Part shown: in pieces, positions 57,671 to 64,000 of the stretch
Layout: every line of letters starts with the position of its first letter
Numbering within the stretch: the stretch's first letter is position 1
Virus record (IMG/VR): IMGVR_UViG_3300027892_000017
Coordinates: 1 to 64,000 of that record
Length of the DNA stretch: 64,000 nt
Source of the DNA: an uncultured virus (IMG/VR IMGVR_UViG_3300027892_000017)
Lineage: Duplodnaviria > Heunggongvirae > Uroviricota > Caudoviricetes
Strand: one strand, 5' to 3'
Notes under the pieces: generated by a model
Told to the model about the DNA's origin: nothing
The model's database searches: none
The model's input: the letters and a program-made list of their open reading frames with translations, nothing else
Made by a program: the position numbers and the translations under genes

Positions 57671-59445
57671 TCAGTTACCTCTAAGTCATTAGCATAACTG
57701 GTGTATCCATTTTCTTTAATGACTCTTAGCACATTGTTAACTCGCCCAATTAGTTCGTCTTTGTGGCTAATCAAATAAATGTTTTTATTGCGTTCTCTGG
57801 CCATCTTTTTCAGCACTGCCAGCGCACCTTCAACACCCGATGCATCTAGTCCGTTGTCAATCAACTCGTCGATAAACAACAAGTTGATCTGTTGATACAA
57901 ACTTTCCCATACATCACGGAATGCCCACGACAACGACAAGATTAAACGATTACGCTCACCGCGCGATAAGTTGTCAAAGTCTAAATCTTGACCAAGTTGT
58001 GTAATTTCTACAGATAGGTCATTTTGAAATAGCACAGTATGCGGCAATCCCATCTTATCAAGATAGTAAGTGAGTCTATTATTCAAATATGCCAAATTTT
58101 GATCAATAATTTTCTTACGTATAAAGCTATCCTTGCTGGTTAACAATTTTAACAGGAAATCTTGATGATCTCTAATACTTGAGAGCTCGTTTACATGATC
58201 CCAACTTACTTCTTGTATAGCAGTATTTTTTAATTCGTCAATTTGTTCTTGGTAAGGGTCAATTTCGTCAGCCCGTTTAACTAGCTGATCTTCTAATGTA
58301 GTTAGGTTGTTCTGATGTTTAAGTGCTTGCTCAACCGAATCGTAATATGTATTAGGTCGTCCGTTGATTTCGCCAATGACAGCTAACTCGTCTTTAACTT
58401 TATTACAATCTGCTGTTACTTTATCAAGATACTTTTGAGCTTCTGTTATATTTTTAGTAGCAGTTGTAGTAAGTTCTTCGTGCTTATGATCGTGCAATGC
58501 TTGTTCGCAAGCATGACATGTTTTATTTGCTAGACTTTCTAGTTCTCTTGTATACTTTGCTACACTTTTTTCTGCTTGACCAATTGCAGACTCTAATGTT
58601 GCTTTTTCTTTGGTTAAACTTTTTACTTTTTGTGAAACTTCTTCATATACTTTTAATTTTGCATGTTGTTCTAACTCTTTTTCAATATCAACACTTAAAA
58701 GTTCTTGAATTGCCTTACTGATTTTATCCAAATCAGTAGTTTGTTGTGCATACCAAGCAGTCTGTCTAGTAATTAAACTGTCAATGCTAAACTGAATTTT
58801 TTCATTGGATTTTTTTGTAGCTTCTATCTCAGCACTTTCTTGTATAATTTGATCTTTAGTAATTTTTGACAATTCTTTAAGAGCTTCAGCTTTTTCACTG
58901 AGAATAGTAATGCCCAATAGCTGCTCAATAATCATGCGTTGTTCATTTGCCCGCATACTTAAGAACGGCTCTGTGTAAGTGTTTAACGCAACAATATGTT
59001 TGAACATGTCGTGACTCATGCCCAACAAATCATCTAAGTCTTTCTGAGTTTCACGCATGTCGCCTTGTGCGTCATCGCTTTCTTCGGTATCTTGTTCTTG
59101 ACCGTTAACATAAAACTTGAGAATATTGGGACGACGACCACGCTCAACACGGTATTCAATACCATCTTTTTCAAAATGTAGTGTTACTAACATATTTTTA
59201 GCATTGATTTTATTAATCAAGTTGTCTTTTTTAATGTTAGTAAGTGCATTTCCGTATAAGGCAAAGCTCAGTGCATTAACAATGGTAGTTTTGCCAGTAC
59301 CGTTGCGACTTCCGTTGTCGTCACCGCCTTGATCTAAGTTTTCACCTAAAACTAGTGTAAGATGCTCCTTGCCAAAATCTACGGCTTGGGTTTGATTGCC
59401 CACGCTCATGAAGTTTTTTACTGTTAAATCTTTTATCTTGATCAT
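57667..59445 (-). CDS. gp46: Recombination ATPase (gp46, SbcC/Rad50-like)
   Basis: KNFMSVG, Walker A NGTGKTT, zinc hook CHAC, signature LSRGE, Walker B FIDELID, ISH. Confidence 0.97.
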   Translation of the reverse strand: MIKIKDLTVKNFMSVGNQTQAVDFGKEHLTLVLGENLDQGGDDNGSRNGTGKTTIVNALSFALYGNALTNIKKDNLINKINAKNMLVTLHFEKDGIEYRVERGRRPNILKFYVNGQEQDTEESDDAQGDMRETQKDLDDLLGMSHDMFKHIVALNTYTEPFLSMRANEQRMIIEQLLGITILSEKAEALKELSKITKDQIIQESAEIEATKKSNEKIQFSIDSLITRQTAWYAQQTTDLDKISKAIQELLSVDIEKELEQHAKLKVYEEVSQKVKSLTKEKATLESAIGQAEKSVAKYTRELESLANKTCHACEQALHDHKHEELTTTATKNITEAQKYLDKVTADCNKVKDELAVIGEINGRPNTYYDSVEQALKHQNNLTTLEDQLVKRADEIDPYQEQIDELKNTAIQEVSWDHVNELSSIRDHQDFLLKLLTSKDSFIRKKIIDQNLAYLNNRLTYYLDKMGLPHTVLFQNDLSVEITQLGQDLDFDNLSRGERNRLILSLSWAFRDVWESLYQQINLLFIDELIDNGLDASGVEGALAVLKKMARERNKNIYLISHKDELIGRVNNVLRVIKENGYTSYANDLEVTE

Positions 59446-60455
59446 AGGCTATTATAAATGGCCAATAAAGTCTTGGCGCTGTAAGTGTCGCTTTCAATAC
59501 TGACAAGCTGATTGCTGACAATCGTGTCAACACTCTCAAATGCTTTAATATCAATATCTGTATTAATTTCTACATCCTTTTTCTCGGCAATTAAAGTTAA
59601 TTCTCTAATGTCATAATCGCCTAAGAATTTTTCTTTGATAAAACTAGCTTCTTCATAGCTAATGTCAATGTCTAGTGTAACACGAAGATGCTGTTTGGGC
59701 AAGATCAATGTGCTCGCTTCGTCGATTAATCGACTCAATGTAACTGTCCTAAATGTGGGTTGTCCTGGCCAGTTGTAATATTCCGGCTGCTTGCCCCATT
59801 CCATAATCATCATGCCACGGTCATCATCCCATGCATCTGCATAATTGTGCGGAAATGCATTACCAATATAGTGCATATTTTTACGTACTTGACGTTTATG
59901 GAAGTGTCCGCTGAATCCCAATTCGTAATTTGCAAATTGATCCAACTGTAATTCACCATGGTCTGGCATCTGTACCATTGCGTTCATAAAGAAACTGGGC
60001 AACTCAAAGTGACCAAATATATACTTGCCACCTTTTTTGCCTATCTTTTTCCATTCTTCGCCCACGAGCCACGGGCATAAAGTAACGTCGCCGATAGTAG
60101 TAGGTTCATGAACAACAGTAATACCAGGAATATATTTTCCAAACTCAACTGAGTGAATATCCCGCTTGTCTTTGTAATACAAATCATGATTACCAGGGAA
60201 AAAGTAAAATGTATCGAACGCCGCACCCAACTTTTCCAAGGCCCGCAAACTATAGTCCATAGTAGTGATGTTGAGGCTATTCCGATTGTGATGCCAATCA
60301 CCCATAAAAATTCCAGTATCACAACCTTCCTCCTTTGCTTTAGCAATGTACCAGTCTACAAAATCTTCACAATCCTTATTGTGAACACTGCTATTTGACT
60401 TTAATCCAAAATGAATATCTGTAAAGCAGGCAACTTTTTTAAATAAATTACTCAC
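59442..60455 (-). CDS. gp47: Recombination nuclease (gp47, SbcD/Mre11-like)
   Basis: DIHFG, GDWHH, PGNHD, FGHFE, SGHFH; likely GTG start at 60455 overlapping the gp55 stop. Confidence 0.95.
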   Translation of the reverse strand: MSNLFKKVACFTDIHFGLKSNSSVHNKDCEDFVDWYIAKAKEEGCDTGIFMGDWHHNRNSLNITTMDYSLRALEKLGAAFDTFYFFPGNHDLYYKDKRDIHSVEFGKYIPGITVVHEPTTIGDVTLCPWLVGEEWKKIGKKGGKYIFGHFELPSFFMNAMVQMPDHGELQLDQFANYELGFSGHFHKRQVRKNMHYIGNAFPHNYADAWDDDRGMMIMEWGKQPEYYNWPGQPTFRTVTLSRLIDEASTLILPKQHLRVTLDIDISYEEASFIKEKFLGDYDIRELTLIAEKKDVEINTDIDIKAFESVDTIVSNQLVSIESDTYSAKTLLAIYNSL

Positions 60456-61293
60456 TAGGCGTTCCTTCATTAAATCGTTTTTGTGCGGCAGCATGTTCAC
60501 CAGCGCCAGTTCTACTGTAACTAGGATTCATTCCATTCATTTCCAACATGTCATCTCTAATATTTTGATTGCGTTTTTCAATGTTGATAATGCGTACAAA
60601 GCTATTAGTCACCGCCGCAGTAAAATAAGCAAACGGGTTATTACTTTTTGCTTCGTTAAACTGCAATCCAATTTGAGTTAACTGTAATATTGCCTGTGCT
60701 CGCATCTCGTCATTATATGTGTAACCACGTACATTGCCGCGGGTAGCATATCGTTCACATAGTTTAATGTACATGCGAGCTAATGTATTGGTAATTTGCC
60801 CGTGATCTTTGTCAAATTTACCTTTAACTAAATCACCCTTCCAATGACTTTTACCCACACATATTAGTTCGTCTTTGTCATCAAATTTCCAGTGTTGGAA
60901 AGGTGGAAAGTTAACTTTATCTCTGTGATCTGCTAGGCTTTTGGGATTCTTTTTGCGAGTACCGTTAAGGGGAACATGATCAAACGTCATAATCCTAAAG
61001 ATCAAATCCGTTTTAGCAATCTTCTTATAGTCCACTTCGCAGTCGGCTTGTTTGACTTTTTCACCAGCACGTTTGCGAGTTTGATAATCCAAATCACCTA
61101 TTCTTTTGGCTTGATTTCTTTTAGCTTCGGCAACCGTGCGTATGTTTATTTTGTCCAAACTAGGCAAAATAATATCGTATTGGTGATATTCAGGCTTTGC
61201 ATAGCTTGAATATGTATTTTTGGACTTGTGTATTTCTTCTAGTAAGTCTTTGTTGTTTAAGTAATTTACTTTCGGTGGTGTTATTATTGTCAT
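60448..61293 (-). CDS. gp55: Late transcription sigma factor (gp55-like)
   Basis: NYLNNKDLL, GYTYNDEM..QAI, FNEAKSNNPFAYFT....NSFVR.I..EK; T4 gene order 55-47-46. Confidence 0.9.
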   Translation of the reverse strand: MTIITPPKVNYLNNKDLLEEIHKSKNTYSSYAKPEYHQYDIILPSLDKINIRTVAEAKRNQAKRIGDLDYQTRKRAGEKVKQADCEVDYKKIAKTDLIFRIMTFDHVPLNGTRKKNPKSLADHRDKVNFPPFQHWKFDDKDELICVGKSHWKGDLVKGKFDKDHGQITNTLARMYIKLCERYATRGNVRGYTYNDEMRAQAILQLTQIGLQFNEAKSNNPFAYFTAAVTNSFVRIINIEKRNQNIRDDMLEMNGMNPSYSRTGAGEHAAAQKRFNEGTPSE

Positions 61294-61315
61294 TAAATGG
61301 GTCCTATATAATAGT

Positions 61316-61344
61316 ATTATAAACTACGCACATTAAAAAGTCAA
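61316..61344 (-). promoter_or_regulatory. Sigma70-type promoter of the gp55-47-46 operon
   Basis: TTGACT (61344-61339), 17-nt spacer, TATAAT (61321-61316). Confidence 0.88.
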
Positions 61345-61345
61345 C

Positions 61346-61351
61346 TAAATA
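61346..61351 (+). promoter_or_regulatory. Late box for the baseplate operon
   Basis: TAAATA 19 nt upstream of ATG 61371, GAGGG SD between. Confidence 0.6.
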
Positions 61352-61370
61352 TTAGCCAGAGGGAACAATT

Positions 61371-62366
61371 ATGGCATTCGATTTAGCAAGTGGGTTATCA
61401 AGCGTTTCAAGTGTAGCGCAGACGGCAAATTCTGTGTTGCAGACAGGCGCGGGCGTGTTGAGAACAGCGGCCAATTTAGGTTCGGCATTAAATAATTTAT
61501 CAAATCCGAACCAGTTGCTCAGTGCAATTCGAAGTATAAATCTTCCATTGGGCGGCGAAGCAATTGGATCAATAGTCAACGCAGCCGCTGCATTTGGTGG
61601 AACAGATGCTACTAATGATTGGCGAGCAAGACTTAGTATGCCTAGAGGTAGCTTTTTTGATACAAGCCCAATTTTACAACCACTAACTGCTGCCGGCGGA
61701 TTAATTTTTCCGTATACTCCCACAATCACTATCAGTCACGCAGCAACATATAACGAAGTTTCAGTCACGCATCAAAATTATCAGTACATGGCTTATCAAA
61801 GCAGTAGAGCAAACGCTATTCAGATAACTGGAGAATTCAATGTTGAAGATTCTGTACAAGCCAAATATTGGATTGCAGCAGTTCACTTTTTACGTTCAGT
61901 GACAAAAATGTTTACTGGCGAAGGAGCATTTGCTGGTAACCCCCCTCCAATTTTAAATTTTAGTGCTTACGGTGACCATGTGTTTAGAAATGTTCCTTGT
62001 GTGGTCACAAGTTTTAGCATGTCACTGCCAAAGGATGTGCAGTATATCAGTACAACAGTTGCAGCTGGAAGTAGTTTGGGTGAAGTATCTGCACTAGCAT
62101 CAACTTTGGCTGGTGCTAATTTAGGATCAGTTAGCGCAGCCGCAAGCGTAGTAGCTAAGGCAGGGTCTGCCTTAAATGTTATTTCAAATGTTAAAGATGC
62201 TCTTGGTGGCGGTGCTGGCGGTATGGGAGTTCCAAGAGACAGTCATGTGCCAGTTAAGAGTGACTTAACAATTACCCTACAGCCAGTCTATAGTAAAGAA
62301 GCAGTAAGACAATTTAGTTTGCGTAACTTTGTTAATGGCGCTTATGTAAGCAAAGGATACATTTAA
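61371..62366 (+). CDS. Baseplate tube initiator/cap-like protein (gp48/gp54-like)
   Basis: LIFPYTPTI, AAVHFLRSVTKM, GNPPPIL.F.AYG..VF.NVPCVVTSF...LP.DV. Confidence 0.7.
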   Translation: MAFDLASGLSSVSSVAQTANSVLQTGAGVLRTAANLGSALNNLSNPNQLLSAIRSINLPLGGEAIGSIVNAAAAFGGTDATNDWRARLSMPRGSFFDTSPILQPLTAAGGLIFPYTPTITISHAATYNEVSVTHQNYQYMAYQSSRANAIQITGEFNVEDSVQAKYWIAAVHFLRSVTKMFTGEGAFAGNPPPILNFSAYGDHVFRNVPCVVTSFSMSLPKDVQYISTTVAAGSSLGEVSALASTLAGANLGSVSAAASVVAKAGSALNVISNVKDALGGGAGGMGVPRDSHVPVKSDLTITLQPVYSKEAVRQFSLRNFVNGAYVSKGYI

Positions 62367-62665
62367 TGGCACAATATACAAATTTAAGTCCTTGGTTTAG
62401 GACAACAATTTCAAGAAATACATTAGACGTATTGACAATTAGACCAGTTAGTTCTGAGGCGGATGATTTTCTTTATACGATTGAGCCGCAATACACATAT
62501 AGGCCAGATTTATTAGCACATGACTTATATGGCGAATCAGCACTATGGTGGGTTTTTATTCAACGCAATTTAGACATATTACAAGATCCTATATTTGATT
62601 TTATTCCAGGAACTCAAATTTTTATTCCAAAGAATTCAAGTCTTAGAGAAGTTTTAGGAAACTAA
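62366..62665 (+). CDS. gp53: Baseplate wedge LysM-like protein (gp53-like)
   Basis: YRPDLLAHDLYG...LWWVF..RN...DPIFDF.PG..I.IP. Confidence 0.85.
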   Translation: MAQYTNLSPWFRTTISRNTLDVLTIRPVSSEADDFLYTIEPQYTYRPDLLAHDLYGESALWWVFIQRNLDILQDPIFDFIPGTQIFIPKNSSLREVLGN

Positions 62666-62666
62666 T

Positions 62667-64000
62667 ATGGCGTTTGATATACAATCAGCGGCGACCAACG
62701 CAACGAGTACTGTAAAAAAAGCATTGGATGGCTCGGGAGTTGTTGCTGGGTTACAAAGTGCAGGCAATGCAATTAACGGTGTAAAAAACGCCCTATCTAG
62801 TGGCGCAACGAATATTGCTGGTGCTCTAACAAATGCTATTCCTGGACAAGTAAAATCTTTAATAGAAGCAGTTCCTAAGATTGCAGATTTAAACATTGAG
62901 TCTTTATTGAACGCAGCCAAAACTGTTGTTAATATTCCTGGCAAACCTCCCTTTCCAAACGTGCTGCATAATTTTGCTAGTTACAACTATGTTTGGACGT
63001 TGTCGGTACTAAGCCCGCAAGATTTGAATTTCCCAGATGAAAGCTATCGAAAAGGAAAATTGGGACCGATCATCCTTAAAAGCGGCAGCGGCAGTCCTAA
63101 TGATAGAATATCTACAACTTACAGATCATTTAGTAATCCCACTGGCAAGTTTGACTTCAACATTGAAGATGTTAGAATTAGCGGAATGATGGGCTTTGAT
63201 AAAACTACTGGCAATACCAACGCCACTGGAATTACATTCAATATCATTGAACCGTACAGCATGGGAATCTTTTTTGAATCGTTACAGATTGCTGCCTTAG
63301 AAGCCAAGTATATTAATTATTTAGAATGTCCTCTTTTACTTCGTTTGGAATTTAAAGGACACGTTGATGCTCAAAGACAAAACGTAATAATTCCAGGAAC
63401 TACAAAATATTTTCCATTAAAAATTAGAAATATCACAATGCGTGTTAGTGGTCAGGGTAGCGTGTATACGTGCGAAGCAATTCCTTGGAATGAAAAAGCA
63501 CATAATACAACATACAGTCAAGTTAAAACAGAAGTAAATGCTGCTGGTTCTACAGTCCAAGAAATGATTCAGACAGGTGCAAAGAGTGTACAAAAAGTTA
63601 TCAACGATAGATATCAAGAAGCAGTAAAGCGTAAAGACGTTACAGTGCCTGATCAAATTTTAATTTTATTCCCTAGTGATTTAAAAACTAGTGATTCTGC
63701 TAACGTAGATTCTGATAGTCAAGCTGCACCAACAGCAACAGTTGATCCTAAGAAAGAAGCTGGTGCAAACGGAAATGTGTTGACTAGATTAGGTGTTGTT
63801 AGAGGAACTGATGGATTTAATTTAGTACAAAACTCAAACATAAATCCCATTGGTATGGCCAGTATGGGATTCAACGAATATAGAAAGGGAGATGCAGCGT
63901 TTGGCAAAGATAATGAAGCTTATGATGCAGCTACTGGAACTTATAAACGCGGAAATATCAGTATAAGCAAAACATCTAGTGAAGCTAGATTTGCACAAGG
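62667..64000 (+). CDS. Large baseplate hub-like protein (gp27-like position); runs off the right edge, not in ORF track
   Basis: ATG at 62667 after AGGA; reads MAFDIQSAA...PNVLHNFASYNY.WTL...FNIIEPYSMG...LLLRLEFKG; follows gp53-like gene. Confidence 0.7.
   Translation, partial: MAFDIQSAATNATSTVKKALDGSGVVAGLQSAGNAINGVKNALSSGATNIAGALTNAIPGQVKSLIEAVPKIADLNIESLLNAAKTVVNIPGKPPFPNVLHNFASYNYVWTLSVLSPQDLNFPDESYRKGKLGPIILKSGSGSPNDRISTTYRSFSNPTGKFDFNIEDVRISGMMGFDKTTGNTNATGITFNIIEPYSMGIFFESLQIAALEAKYINYLECPLLLRLEFKGHVDAQRQNVIIPGTTKYFPLKIRNITMRVSGQGSVYTCEAIPWNEKAHNTTYSQVKTEVNAAGSTVQEMIQTGAKSVQKVINDRYQEAVKRKDVTVPDQILILFPSDLKTSDSANVDSDSQAAPTATVDPKKEAGANGNVLTRLGVVRGTDGFNLVQNSNINPIGMASMGFNEYRKGDAAFGKDNEAYDAATGTYKRGNISISKTSSEARFAQ

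Noticed and set aside
1..64000. Alternative genetic code (stop-codon reassignment)
   Set aside because: Standard code gives full-length core genes and dense coding.

Overview
This window is part of a large T4-like (gp23/gp20/gp18/gp55-type) myovirus genome, probably a jumbo phage; the host cannot be determined from the sequence. It holds the virion morphogenesis region: terminases, head completion, tube, sheath, neck, a ~27 kb block of fibre/RCC1-propeller/accessory virion proteins, major capsid, scaffold, protease, portal, tape-measure-like and baseplate genes. It also holds a sigma70-driven operon of gp55 (late sigma), gp47, gp46, two small ORFs and a GIY-YIG gene. No tRNA, rRNA, CRISPR array, integrase or reverse transcriptase was recognised. 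The main unexplained signals are: (1) a ~480-nt highly structured, pseudoknotted non-coding element directly after the small GIY-YIG gene (56317-56798, minus strand), a candidate large ncRNA and possible nuclease-RNA system; (2) an unannotated -1 frameshift (T TTT TTC) extending the gp26-like protein, as in lambda G/GT; (3) structured 5' leaders and SD-sequestering hairpins tied to promoters; (4) many apparently leaderless late genes; (5) shared N-terminal and 'LAG[LI]' peptide motifs in probable internal head proteins; (6) cupredoxin-like and phycobiliprotein-like motifs in fibre proteins. All product calls come from motif recognition and synteny by eye; no database search was run.
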